Below, piece after piece: positions 1 through 13,080 of a DNA stretch of 64,000 nt. How positions within the stretch are numbered: the first letter of the stretch is position 1; each line of letters begins with the position of its first letter. Source of the DNA: Antedon mediterranea (Eukaryota; Animalia; Echinodermata). The translations under genes were made by a program, and so were the position numbers. The DNA lies in contig NC_092674.1 in the NCBI RefSeq assembly GCF_964355755.1, positions 26,102,001 through 26,166,000 on the forward strand. Direction: 5' to 3'. The notes below the pieces were generated by a model. The model was not told the origin of the DNA. It saw nothing but the letters and a program-made list of their open reading frames with translations, and ran no database searches.

Positions 1-1764
1 AGCTAAGCAGGCCTAGTTGGAATCTCTTCCGGTTGTGTTACGTTGAACAGGCCGACGTAACGTCATTTATTCCCTGTATGCTTCGTTTCGTTCTACACAA
101 TCTTGCTGCTATCCACCAAGCGTATTCCCGTAACATTGCAATACTTAAATTTGTCTCAGCTAAAAACATTATTTTAAACATAGCACTTGTTTTCCATATT
201 CGTAAACGAACCCTAGCAGTATTAATTGTTAGCAATTAGCAGTAGGCCTATAAACAAATTTTCTCTGTAATTTCCACATTTCGGATGAAGCAACAATTAA
301 AATATTCAAAAAACTGGTCATTGGGACTGGCCGAAAATCACGCATGCGCAATCAACAACACGTGATGGTTTAAGCTATGTCTACTTGCTTGACGAAAAAT
401 GTGTGATGCGCCCAAATATAGTGGTAATATACCCAAATATGGTAGTGACATCATCATATTCATATATGGGCACGTCACATACAATGTGATAGTAGACGGA
501 GCTTTAGACTAAGAAGCTTTACTCAACGCAAATATTTATTTAATTCTATTTACTAGAGGGTGAGGCTCGCTTCGCTCGCTCCCACCCCCACCCCCCCCCC
601 CCCTCTCTTCTAGGAAGTGTAGACGATGGTTCTCGGAATGACAATGACTCGGGACGTAAACAGTTTTAGATGGACATTCTGGCCTGGACAATTTCGGTCG
701 GTTACCATTATTTAAATGCTTTTGATATTCGTAAAACTAAACGTACTCACTAACCAAAGTGTCTTAGATGATTAATAGCGTTTTAGGCGTAGGCCTATAG
801 TGTTTATTGTAGATATGAAAAGTCACGGTGGTAAAAAAGAATAACAAATGCTTGGTAAATTGTAGATAACAGTCCGAAGAAATCTACTAAAAATAGTATA
901 ATTGTGTTATAAATATAATACAATATTGTGTGTATAAATGTGGATGGGCGTTTATTAGATGCATTTGGGGTTGGGGGTGGAGGGGGTGGGGTGGGTTGAG
1001 TAGCGAGATAATTATTTAAATTGATGTTCCGGGCATTTATTCAAATAAATACCATCCTAATTGGTATAATTAATACATTATTCCGCGACACAGTGGCCTA
1101 AGAAGGAAGACGTTTTTGACGGCTTGCAACATGCGCAGAAGTATCCCAGGGACGGGACACAGTAAGCGCACAGTATACATAAAGTCCTGGCAGCTTACTC
1201 AACAACTCGGCTATCGAGGTTTCATGGGGGTTTCATTCGATTTCAAAACAAAAACTCTTATCATCAATTCTCTCGATGTAATTTAATTTTATATAATTAT
1301 TTCCCACAATTTAATTCTATAGTTTTATAGCTTATAGTTGAAACAGGTAGTTGTTTTACAACTCCCTGGTTGAAACCAAACCTTACCGTGAACCCGGAAA
1401 TTACTTCTACCGCGCGTAGAGTTAAAATTTACCGATTGAAATCAGAAAATTTCTTATAAAACCCTTTATACTATCTTCCTAAGATAGAAATATGGAACAA
1501 AAGCGGCGATGTGAAAACTAATGTTATCAAATCTACGTTTCGCGGTACATCTGAGATAGATAAGGTAGGTATCCAAGGCGGAGATTTGTACCGAAGTTTT
1601 TGCATTGTGCTCCTATGTCAGAATTAACCATAATTTATATATAGATTTGACATGTTCTTATACAGTAAGTAGGAACATTCATGTGCTTTATGGAATCACT
1701 ATATATATGAAGCTGCATAGTGATATTTATAGATCTTAACGCTATTACGATATTATTTTACCAG

Positions 1765-2146
1765 AAAAAATTTACTTGACGTAAAAATATATTTTGAAGA
1801 GTTGAGTTTTGAGAAGGTAGAGCAGATACCCGCCTATGACCTGCTAAGTTTATTAGGTAAAGTAATTTTGTTTTTCTTTAAATTTAATTTTTTTTTAAAG
1901 TTATTTTAGGACAAGAGTTATTCCTTACCGTACAGGGATTTTGGCTGAGAAGAAATGAATGGGCAAACTGACCAAATACATAACTATAAACTTTTAAAAC
2001 AGTTACTAATCTAATAGGCCTAAATATCTTTTTCAGGTGACATCGGCGGATACATGGGTCTACTTTGCGGCATGAGTTTAACAACTATATTTGAATTTGT
2101 CGACTTTTTTGTCTGTGTTTTTAACAAAGGTTGGAAAATCCGATGA
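1765..2146 (+). CDS. Last two exons (1765-1856, 2037-2146) of a DEG/ENaC (ASIC-like) channel; upstream exons not found in window
   Basis: AG/GT-bounded exons translate KNLLDVKIYFEELSFEKVEQIPAYDLLSLL|GDIGGYMGLLCGMSLTTIFEFVDFFVCVFNKGWKIR*, i.e. pre-TM2/TM2 of DEG/ENaC. The 92-nt exon has the same length and phase as exon 6761-6852 of the minus-strand paralog. Confidence 0.85.
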
Positions 2147-2358
2147 GTTATAGGCCTGTCTAATAGGGAGCTTACGATTTCCGACGACCGCTACTACTTC
2201 TACCTAGGTCAGGTCAATCGAGTATTGTCGGTCGTCACCTAGACTTGAAACCATAAATAGAGAAAACACGTCAAAATTTCCTCGCATGCGCACAATGAAT
2301 AAACATGACGTTGTACGTTGGTCGTCGGTCGTCGCATCGACGTAGGCCTACCTAATAA

Positions 2359-2728
2359 AGCGTGGTTCCCACTAGCGACGCAAGGACGTAACGCAACGCA
2401 AGTGAATTGACCAATTGACAGTTAAGCTTGGTTCCCACTAGAAGGTAACGCAAGGACGTAAACGCAACGCAAGCGTTTTAACCAATGACAAGCGAAGTTA
2501 TAGACAGTTAGCAATCACAAGCGAATAATCCATCGCTTGTGATTGGTCAATTCACTTGCGTTGCGTTACGTCCTTGCGTTTCGTCGCTAGTGGGAACCAC
2601 ACTTTAGCAATCACAAGCGAATAAGACATCGCTTGTGATTGCTAACTGTCTATAACTTCGCTTGTCACTGGTTAAAACGCTTGCGTTGCGTTTACGTCCT
2701 TGCGTTATGTTCTAGTGGGAACCAAGCT
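2359..2728. mobile_element. Nested pair of ~180-bp PIF/Harbinger-like MITEs (inner copy 2425-2603)
   Basis: TIR AGC(T/G)TGGTTCCCACTAG...CTAGTGGGAACCA(A/C)(G/A)CT; inner copy flanked by TTA at 2422-2424 and 2604-2606. A 3-bp TWA TSD is typical of Harbinger/Tourist. Confidence 0.8.
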
Positions 2729-3697
2729 TTACATAGTTTTAGCAATAATTAAAAAAATGAGTTGTAAATGTAATTATATATTTTAACTTCAGTTATTTTC
2801 GTACGTAAATGTTGTCTGTAATTTAACATAGTTTTATCAATATTATTATGATATAAAGTAAAAAATAAATATTATTTTTGTATGAGTTGTAAATGTAATT
2901 ATATATTTTAACTTCGGCTACTTTCGTACAAGACTATATTAAAGACTAAGGCTGATTTATTCTATAATGGCATGTACCAATACAAATTACCTTCAACGAA
3001 TGAAATATATCGAAATAAAACGAATACAATTAGGCCTATAGAGTAGGCTATATCAACACAATTATAAATTATAATATAACAATAAATAAATATAGGTCTA
3101 CTAATCAATGTCTCTCTCTTTGTTATTAATTTACAAACCGCTGTGCCTTAAATCTATAAACTATTATACACTCTTATTAATGTAAATATATACCATGTAT
3201 AGGCCTATAATATAACCTTTATAACTTTTACTGGTCCTGCCCTTTCACCAAGAATATCTAAACTACTTTGTTTTCTTATTATAATTAATTTTAAACATAT
3301 TGATTATTCGACATTAAAACAATTTGCGGGTGGTTATATACTCTTTTGGAATATATGAATTCGAAACTGCAGGTATATAGCGAAACGTTGGATAATAGTT
3401 TGTTAAATATTTAGAAAGTCGGAACCCTTTTCAAAGCATCTTGTTCTCCAGTTTCCTGGTAGATCTACCAGAAAGAACAATCTGAAAGCTTGTTCTTCAG
3501 CCTGGATGTAGCTAGACTATAAGTACAGATTTTTCAATCACTTCTATTGTGCCTGCCAGCGGATTCAAATCCAACGAAGGTAAACTTCCGAGGCCTACTT
3601 CTGAAGGGCAGTACAATTAGGCCTAGCCTAGATAAACATTTTAATTTTTACTCAATTGAGAACAGTTTATAGTTCTACTTACTGAAAGCGTATAAAT

Positions 3698-4597
3698 ATG
3701 GGTAGCTTTCCTGGTCATGCTATGTCCGGGATTTCTTTCCTGGCATTGGCAACATTTTGGACAATACAACAAACTTTTAATCCTACGTACGCTAGCTACC
3801 AACGAACTGGTCGTAGAGGTGATAGAATGCTACAGAGATTAAAGAGACTACCCGTTGAAGGAACTGTAGTGTTTGTTATTGGTGTAATCGGGATTATTGG
3901 TGAACAAGTTTACAAAACATGGAAATGGAGGCTTTTCGATGACCACGGTGTTGTAGTATATTCTGACGTCTGGCAACACTGCACTATGTACGCTGTATTC
4001 GCAATTTACGGAGTTTCAAAGATCGCTGTTGGAACTTATTTGAAAGGCGCGGAAAGGTGGACAAAAGTCTTCCTAACGTTCGCTTACTTTGTAGAATGTA
4101 TGCTATTTTATTTTCATCTCCATGGGCGAACAGAATTAAATATACGGTTACATACATTAGAAGTGCTCGCTGTGTTTATGTGCGTGTTGTTCAGTGCGGG
4201 TGAAATTTGGTTCCCGCGAGATGATGTCTTGCCGTGGTTACGCACGTGGGCTACGTTTCTCCAAGGTACGTGGATGTTGCAGGTTGGGTCAACACTGTAT
4301 CATCCTCTGCGCAACGATGATTATTCATGGGATGAAGACGACCACTTAAATGTCAAATTCTTCTCAATGATTTTCGCATGGCACTGTATTCTAGGGATCG
4401 TCGTAGTAACCTTGCAAATTATCTTAATAAAAACAACGATGCGGTGCGTATTTGGAGCGCTACCATCCTCTTATACTGGATTGAATGGCGACGCCGAAGA
4501 GAACCATCTAGTTTTCATCGGCGGTAGAAACAATACCAGTGATGAAGAATGCCAAATATTTAGCCAGGAGATTCTAACAAGCGAAGAAGAAGGTTAG
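3698..4597 (+). CDS. TMEM45B: Transmembrane protein 45 family (TMEM45B-like, DUF716), single-exon CDS, 299 aa
   Basis: N-terminal MGSFPGHAMSG, WQHCTMY, LFYFHLHGR..L...LH, LQGTWMLQVG and F.WH motifs characteristic of TMEM45; multiple hydrophobic helices. Confidence 0.85.
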   Translation: MGSFPGHAMSGISFLALATFWTIQQTFNPTYASYQRTGRRGDRMLQRLKRLPVEGTVVFVIGVIGIIGEQVYKTWKWRLFDDHGVVVYSDVWQHCTMYAVFAIYGVSKIAVGTYLKGAERWTKVFLTFAYFVECMLFYFHLHGRTELNIRLHTLEVLAVFMCVLFSAGEIWFPRDDVLPWLRTWATFLQGTWMLQVGSTLYHPLRNDDYSWDEDDHLNVKFFSMIFAWHCILGIVVVTLQIILIKTTMRCVFGALPSSYTGLNGDAEENHLVFIGGRNNTSDEECQIFSQEILTSEEEG

Positions 4598-5584
4598 CAA
4601 TTTGCAACAACTAATCGACATTTCTTAAATTATTCGAGTGAAATCCTCGAATTGTAATTTGGATAGTACATAAAGTGTACCGCCACTGTATTCAACCAAA
4701 CACATGGACGAATACGAACAAAACTGTTTCTTGCCATTTAAATTTACATGCATTTTATTACCGTTCTTTTAATTTTCTATTGAAAGTTTTTTTTTATTGT
4801 AGGCCTAGTTAATTCTAGCCTATAACTAGAAAACAAAAAAATGATAAGCCTACTGTTTTTTCTTTTGTATCTTTTTCTTCCGCATTTCGCGCCTAAAGCT
4901 TGGTTTTCACTACTAGGACGCAGCGTAACCGGGATGTAAGATAGCAGAAAGTTATTAACCAATCACGACTCGATGGATCATTTATAATCGCGTTGTGATT
5001 GGTCAAATTACTTGCGATGTGCTTTCGCTCGCTCGTTCATATGGAAACCAGGCTTAAAGCATTTCTAAAACATGCTTTTTGTTAATGGTTTAAGTTCCAA
5101 AATTTGTTGTGAGTTTAGTTGTGAGAGAGGCTCTATTGTAGGCATACAGTACTGTGTAAATTTATGTGCATGAAAAAACTTTATTAGCCAAACAGTTTCG
5201 TAAATACCATTTAGTTTATATTTTACTACCTGTACATTCAGAATAATATGTTAATATGTGAATAAATTAGCATATAATTACGATAATGGTAATGGTAGTT
5301 GAAAAACTGAATACATTTAAATATATTGTTATCTATCAATACAACCACCACTATTATATAACATATCTATGTATTATAAAACTATTTTATAATGTGTAAG
5401 ATAAAAAATGTGGGTAAAAAACGTCAAAAAGTTTAATTATAATCTATTCTGTACATGTTTTCCAATTAAAGAGGTTTATAGCTGCAATAAATATTTAAAA
5501 CAGTTCCTTTAAGATTGAATTATTTACAATGATAATGAGAAGTTAAAATTACAACGATGTCGACACGAAGATGAACCAGTATAA

Positions 5585-5727
5585 GGCTTGGTTCCCACTA
5601 GGACGTAACGCAAGGACGAAGTAAGGGATTTGACCAATGACAGTCGAATAAATCGATCGCTTGTGATTGGTCAAATCCCTTACGTTGCGTTACGTCGTGG
5701 TGTTGCGTCTCTAGTGGGAACCAAGCA
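5585..5727. mobile_element. Palindromic MITE of the GGTTCCCACTAG family; other copies at 8247-8448 and degenerate at ~4910-5056
   Basis: TIR GCTTGGTTCCCACTAG...CTAGTGGGAACCAAGC, flanked by TAA/TTA. Confidence 0.75.
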
Positions 5728-5794
5728 TTATATAAAAGATTATGATAAATAGACGAATTATGGCGTATAGAGGTGAATTGGGATGTAGTGTATG

Positions 5795-6085
5795 CTAATC
5801 AGGACGTTTAGACGAATCGAGACGTTTAGACGAATCGAGACGTTTAGACATCGAACCTAGATGCTGGACGTAGGAATCTGCATCAGGATATATAGACGGT
5901 CAGGATGACTAGATCAATAGGATGTATAGACGAATCATAACGTTTTTGACGAATCATAGATATATATACGGTTAGGATAAATAGATCAATAGGATGTATA
6001 GACGAATCATGATGTCTTCTGACGAATCATGGATATACAGACGGTTTGGATAACTAGATCAATAGGATGTATAGACGAATCAGGA
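5795..6085. repeat. Degenerate ~18-bp minisatellite (AGGATGTATAGACGAATC-like) just 3' of the minus-strand channel stop
   Basis: Repeated gacgtttagacgaatc / ggatgtatagacgaatc units, with a higher-order ~69-bp repeat. Confidence 0.75.
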
Positions 6086-6113
6086 TTGAATGTGTCATGA
6101 TATACACATTAAG

Positions 6114-9104
6114 TCATGGCGCAACGGGTCTTTTCTTCCAGCCAACGATGAAGTTGCAAAAAAGCAAGTCAAAGAATTCAAAAATGGTTGTCAAACTCAT
6201 TCCGCAAAGTAACCCCATAAAACCGCCAATATCACCTGGAAATAAAATAAGATGGTATTAACCAATGTCGGCTACTTGGGGTTTACATTTAACGCCGCCA
6301 AAAGTGAAACCGCCAAAAGTGAAACCGCCAAAAACATCGACGTTGAAATAGCTTTCGCAACGACAACAATTACAAACACTAAACGTGTGTAAGCGCAGTG
6401 GGTACAATATTAAAGTGGAGTATACATTGTGTACACGGCAATCTGTGTTCAGTAGTCAAGTTCTAGTTCAAGTTTACAGGAGGTCACCATTAGGATAGCT
6501 TCCGCCACTAAAAACATAATGTTGCGTACTTTATTTATTTATTTCTTTCTTTATTCTGATATAAAATCAATAGGATAAAAACACAAAAAAGTACCGAGAC
6601 GGCAAACTTATTTCCATTGTGGTCCTAAACAAATATAACAGAATAAACAAGGAAACCACAATTACTTAAACATAATACACAAACATACTTAGCGCACGAC
6701 ACGACGATGAAGCGCCGGTTAGGACACTGGACATATAGACAAACATGTTTGTATACTCACTCATCAAACTACTTTTTTCATATGCTGGAACTTGCCGTAT
6801 TTCCGAAAAGCTCATTTCTTCAAAAAATATGCGTATTTCCAGAAAGTTTCGTCTGTGAAATAATTATTATAATAGTTATAATAATTATAACAAACCGTTT
6901 CTATATTATATGGTTTTTTTCTGAATATTACATACAAAATGTTGCTTCTCGTCCGTTTCACGTAAAAGCTTATATATAAAAGCTTGCTTATAGGGGTGTC
7001 GCAAAGTAGGGGTTCTACTGTACAGTAAAGCTTGGTTCCCACTAGAACGTAACGCAAGGACGTAAACGCAACGCAAGCGTTTTAACCAATCACAAGCGAA
7101 GTTATAGACAGTTAAGCGTGGTTTCCACTAGCGACGCAACACAAGGACTTAACGCAACGCAAGTGAATTGACCAATCACAAGCGATGGCTTATTCGCTTG
7201 TGATTGCTAACTGTCTATAACTTCGCTTGTCATTGGTTAAAACGCTTGCGTTGCGTTTACGTCCTTGCGTTACGTTCTAGTGGGAACCAAGCTTTAGCAA
7301 TCACAAGCGAATAAGCCATCGCTTGTGATTGGTCAATTCACTTGCGTTGCGTTACGTCGTTGTGTTGCGTCGCTAGTGGGAACCACGCTTTGGGGAGAAA
7401 TGGCAAAAGGCTTCCTACTTTCCAGGAGTGTTAGCAGATGATTTATATTGTTTTGAAAACTCTTGTAACATGACCACATTGCTGATTTTGCCATTTTTGC
7501 CCATACTGTGCATATACAAATGTGATAATAAGTTTGATAGATGGAAGATAATTAAACCCAAAAAAAAAGGGGGAGGGTGATTTGGGTCATCCAGAGGTTG
7601 TCTTACCTAGCATAGTCTGTAGTTAAGTTCAAAGTAGGTAAATACGCATTTGATAAGAATTCCGATGGCCAGAAAGTAGACGAGATGGCGGGCTCATACG
7701 TCTCCGAGAAACAAGCGGTCGGACAGGAACAACGAATATGTTTATTCACAAAATCATCTGCACAAAATGAAAGTGTAAACAATTAATATTTACATAGATA
7801 TGTTTGTTTTCAGTTTGTTTACTACTACGATTATAAATGGCCAGACACGTCGTCCTTGCTTGAATACATTTATTAGTTAAAACCATTTTCCAGATTCCAA
7901 CAAATCAAACATTTTGGTAAGCTGAACTAAAAAATTCATGTTTTTGAAAGTTGTTTGAAAAATAACACTATACGAGTAACATGACAGACTAAAAAAAAGA
8001 ATTTACAAAACCAACCTGAAACTGGAAATATGCATTGGACCGTTTCAAGAGGACTGCATACCCGTACGTTTCCTGCATAGACAGAAATACAATATTAAAT
8101 CAATATTTAAATAGTTAATTTCGTAAATCAATAAATATAATCTAACCAAGGAATCATGTCAAAAGAACTATGCAGTTACGGCGGGAACTAAATATTTTTA
8201 CCGCGAGAAAACTTCATGGTTCGGCGCAACGCAAGTGAGGGGATCAAGCTTGGTTCCCACTAGCGGCACAACGTAACGCAACCTACGCAAATGTAAGGAA
8301 ATGCCCTTCAAATATTTTTTTTTTCCCCGCCTGCGTGAAATCAAACCTGTTTGCAGAACTGTTGCGTCTTCGGTTCCCACTTGTGATTACGCAATACAGC
8401 ACTTTCCGCCAATACGTCGCAGCGTTGCATTCTAGTGGGAAACACGCTTTACATTAACGGGTTATTTATTTATTTACTTATTTTTTTATTCACTGATGTT
8501 TGTAGTAGTGGTAGTATGTGGAAAATTGAATTGAAAAGGAGTAAACAGTTTACTGTAGTGACTACAGTAGAACACTTTATACACATAACAATTGGTCCAT
8601 AAACTAATAACCGATAGGTATCAACAAAGGAGCAATAAAACAGAGATTTACCAGGCATTTTATAATCTCGACAGCCACAGTGTTGGATGATATAGTCCAC
8701 TTTGCACAAATAATCACAAATGGGTACTGTATACGGCGAGTGTTCCAGCTTTTCATTGGTGCAGTTTGATTCATACGGCTCTTGTAAATTAAACACCTTC
8801 AATGATAGAAAAATAATAGTAATAGGCCTACTAGAAATTGCGCAGTGCTGCAAGATCTAGCATAACGTAGTTTTAATGACGCAGGACCCTCCTAAAACAT
8901 AAAAAATATCACCCAGGCACTATATATGCAGTAAATAGTTTCACCAACAGAGAGCGAAGCCGTAAACCTGCCTGGGTCGTCTTAGGCCAATGTTTTGTAG
9001 TCAAACAATGAACTTTTGGATCTTTCAAGCAATGAAACGTGACAGGAGAAGTTGCTATAGTGCAAAATACGAATAGCCGCTGCGTAGCAATTACGAACAT
9101 AGTA

Positions 9105-9156
<52 letters not shown>

Positions 9157-10808
9157 CAGCGACGATGATGAGAATGTTAATAACGATGTAATATAAAAGT
9201 ATACCAAGTTTTACCCGTGTTTTTCTCATTGCAATATGAGTTTCAAATCCAGGTGACAGTGAGATACCGAATGAATTCACCAGTGGCAGATGTCCTTGAG
9301 GGTGAATCAACAACTAAAATAAAAAGATAAAACTGTTAATTTTATGCTGAAATATTGTATAATTATATTTTGAACCGAGAATAGAATTAGAAACTAAAGG
9401 TATAAAAAAACGACGTGTAGACCTATATACTAAACGGTCATTTATCCATTTGACATTTGACAGCATTATAGTATGTTGATGATTTTCATAACATAATATT
9501 TCTATTCTCTTAAAAATTGTGCCGAAAAAGTTGTTTATATTTACAATCTTCCTACCTTAAACCCAGCTCCTGAGTTTTCACCAAAACTATATTCGTACTG
9601 TTGGACATGCAACCGTAACATCAGGCCGAAATCACTCCCAGTTTGCCGGGCCCTCAATGCCGCATCATCTGCCACGTTGTTAAACGAGTAGCATACTCCG
9701 AAATCTGTTATGATAGTCGAAAAGTTGCGAGGGTCACACGGCTGCACTCCTTGCCATGAGCAAAACAGTAGCATTGTTTCTATTTGATGTGCGAGTCTAG
9801 TCGCTGAACTTGTCATGTTAATGGAATCATAATTACGTAATGCTGCGATTACTGTATTCCAGTTGACCCCTTCCGGGTCTAAAATATAAGTGGATTTCGA
9901 CATGAGTTTGATGACGGTTGATGTGCTTTCGTCTAACTCAGACAGACGAAACTGGTTGTAATTGCAAAGCGTAATGGCGGGAAATTTCAAGTCATCGACG
10001 TAGTTGAGGCTCATCACAGTGTTGATCGGACGATCAAAGTATTTTATGACGCTTACAACAATACCACTATACACTAACCATGCCATCATTCCGACTACTA
10101 TTAAAGTCCATGTAACTCTGTCAAAAAAGGAGGTTAGAAATAAATAACGTTTACATCAAATACCGTACAAGTCACGGTAATCTAGTAAGGGGTAGTGTGG
10201 GCCCTATGTATGTGTTGACATGAGCAATACATCGCGCCATCGCTAGGCCTACTTCTATCTATCCAGAGTGTCTTTAAGAGCTATAACTCTTTTATATTGT
10301 ATTCATATCACCGCATGTGAAAGAGCTCGGTTAAAATTCGCGCCACTGTTTCAATGAATAAGCGAACCAATTACTGCTGCGAAGTAGCTTAGCTCCAGAG
10401 AGAGCTTAAGTTAATTGATCAACACATAAGTATCTACTCTGACATAATTGTACGAATATTTGAAAGACATTCTCTCAGAAACTCGGAAGGACAGGCTAGG
10501 CCTACGTTACAAAATACTGACCTTCGGGCAATAGATGAATCTTTACCCGTTATGAAGTGTAGACCATGTAGAGTAGTGAGCTGAGAAAACTCTTCCAGAT
10601 CACTGATCACATACTGCAACATATCATCGTCACTGTCGCTGTCGCTACTATCATCCTTCTTCTTCTTTTTAATCTGCTTTGCCTCCTTAATGTGTACTTT
10701 TTGTGGTTGTTTTTTTTTCTTTTTCTCTTTCTCAATAGGGATTGAGTAGACAATAGTGGATATAGTGTCCTCCTGTTTGATGGGTGGTTTCTCCGCCCAG
10801 GCATACAT
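6114..10808 (-). CDS. DEG/ENaC (acid-sensing ion channel-like) protein. Coding exons 10522-10808, 9556-10117, 9215-9313, 8652-8796, 8016-8072, 7607-7757, 6761-6852, 6114-6235
   Basis: All junctions are GT-AG and in phase. Motifs: pre-TM1 TTLHG, FPAITLCNYN, FGVCYSFN, G..FGL.L.L, Cys-rich thumb (CGC, CSCPTAC), IFFEEM, SDIGGFMGLLCGMSL TM2. Confidence 0.92.
7029..7389. mobile_element. Nested pair of Harbinger-like MITEs (inner reversed copy 7115-7293 with TTA TSD)
   Basis: Outer copy is split at gacagTTA|gcaatc; TTA duplicated at 7112-7114 and 7294-7296. Confidence 0.85.
9103..9170. repeat. (GAT)n microsatellite in channel intron
   Basis: Long run of atg/gat units; explains the poly-Ile in ORF 8909..9313. 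Confidence 0.95.
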
Positions 10809-11092
10809 GTTTAATCGCGTCAACAATATACCATCAATACTGTATATCAGTTGTGTAAAAATCACTATTTCGGGTAGCCATTGTAACACCTAAAAAACAA
10901 CAACATTACATATCAACCTTTTGGTGGTGATGCCTTTAAGACACAGAATTTTTGATAACTGAGCGTTTGAATCTTCTCGTAAAAGGACTATAAATCATAG
11001 TGCCAAAATAACCCTTTCTGGTGAAACTAGATGGAATTCCTCCATGGGGAGGAAACTGTTAATATACGGAATGTATCCGGAATAAGTCGATT

Positions 11093-12651
11093 CTCGGCAA
11101 ACACAGAACGTTTATAAAACGCAATCGAAACTTTTGAATTTGGGTTTTATGGTTTCTTTTTCTACAACGTTTTAAACATGTTTTTTCAACGTTTCTGTGT
11201 AGAAATTAATTTTCTATTTGAACAACGTTTGCATAAAAACGTTATAAAAACGTTACAATAACGAATGCAAAAAAGAAGAACGAAATCAAAACGTTTACAG
11301 AACGTTTTAATATAACGAAATAATTACCAATTTTCAGAACAATTGTGATCGTCTTTTCGATTTTAAAACGATTTTTTTTTACATTGCAGTTTATGGGAAA
11401 TTACGTTGCACAAAGACATAAAAAACACAAGGGTATTAATAAAGAAAAAATTAAGAATTTTAAAAAACGTTATTTAAAAACTAAATGTTTACCAATCTTT
11501 AGATAAAATTTAAGCGTAAGTTTTAAAAGCGTTTTTAAAACGTCTTTCTTAACATTGCATTTTCAAGACAATAAATTTTGCAGCAAACGTAATTAAAACG
11601 TTATAAAAACGTATGTATAAAACTAAACACAAGGGTATGAATAAGCGAATTAAAAACGTTATTTAAAAAAAAAAAATTTTTTTACATAAATGTAATCCTC
11701 AAAGTTTCAAAAACGTATTATTGCATTTTCAAGACAATCAAAAGTAACAAAAACTTGAGACAACATCATTATTACGCTTTTCTAAAAATTCCTGGGTAGT
11801 AAAAATTAAACCCGTTATTGGTTACACTAATTATACCTCTTCATAATAAGAGAGAATAATATTATTGTTTATTCAAATTACAGTGTAACAAAAACATGAC
11901 CAGAGCAATCAATAGAATAGACCCTTGAGACAAATGAAGTACATTCATTAAATGTCGAGATTATGTTTTTTGTGTTGTGTTTTTTCTGAACATAATGTGG
12001 ATAATGAGTGACTTAACTTTCCCATTACTCTGTTAATTACTCGTTCATATTTGTTCAGAAACCTGTTCAAGTTCATTTATGAAATGTAGGTGACAACATT
12101 CAACTGTACGTCTGGTCTTCTAAAACATAAGGGAACCGACTTGTTAAGCTTTAATTGTTTTATAAGAAATATTGGTATCATAATCTCAGAAACATTAACA
12201 ACATAACGTAACAGAGGCAAAGAACGTCCACAGATTGTGCAGAATTCTAAGATTATACGATGTATTAATTAAATTGGTGAATAAACACACTTATGATTTT
12301 GAAGTCATGTACAGCGACAAGGTAAAGGAAACATGTTTATGATGTTTTTAAACGTTAAAATTAAAGGTTATTTAACACAAAGACTTTTTTATAAAAAAAA
12401 CTCTACAAACGCATTTGTGAAACGTTATATTGAAACGTTTCTATTTCTAAATACGTTGTTAAAACGTTTTTTAACACAAAACTCCACAAATCCACGTTAT
12501 TAAAACGTATAATTATAAAAACCAAACGTTTTTTAACATTTTATAGGAACTATATTGCATTTATTTATACGTTTAACAAAAAATATTTAAAACGTTTCTA
12601 TAAAACGTTTGTTTTAACGTTCGCAACGTTCAACATAACATTGTTAGCTGG
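11093..12651. mobile_element. Old non-autonomous DNA transposon(s) with many AAAACGTT subterminal repeats (possibly CMC/EnSpm-like)
   Basis: Ends resemble CCCAGC(A/T)AACA: ctcggcaaacacagaacgtt ... aacattgttagctggg. Many aacgtt motifs; an internal end-like ...cctgggta near 11795. Confidence 0.5.
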
Positions 12652-13080
12652 GTTAACCAGCCTAATAACGATCACGACATGAAAAGCAATCATTTGGGTT
12701 CATCTTTGTAAATACAATGAATATATTTTAGTGCAATCTACTCTATAGAATATTAAAATATTTTATAGATATTATATAAGACAAAAAAAAACGTGGGGTA
12801 TAACAAATTGACTCTTTGATTGCAAACTACAAAACATTTCATTACATTACAGTGTTGTTGCCTTGGATTAATTCCATCAGAATTTGCGACGCAATAAAAC
12901 TTAAATTACAAATTAATATCACAAATGATTGTCAATGGCAACACGTAGGCCTACTTAATAACAATTCTGAATTGGAACGTAGTTGCTATGTATTATTACA
13001 AAAAAACCATTTAAGGTAATATAAATATTGATTTTTTCATTTTTATACATTGTTCGAGTTTTGTAATAAATGTAAAATAA

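Noticed and set aside
965-1000. G-quadruplex-capable G-tracts (and C-run at 580-603)
   Set aside because: Common low-complexity sequence with no supporting context.
1484-1564. AG/GT-bounded open 81-nt segment as a possible upstream exon of the + strand channel
   Set aside because: Wrong phase for the 1765 exon and no DEG/ENaC similarity.
8909-9214. Poly-Ile hydrophobic extension in ORF 8909..9313
   Set aside because: Intronic (GAT)n microsatellite; the real exon ends at the donor at 9214.
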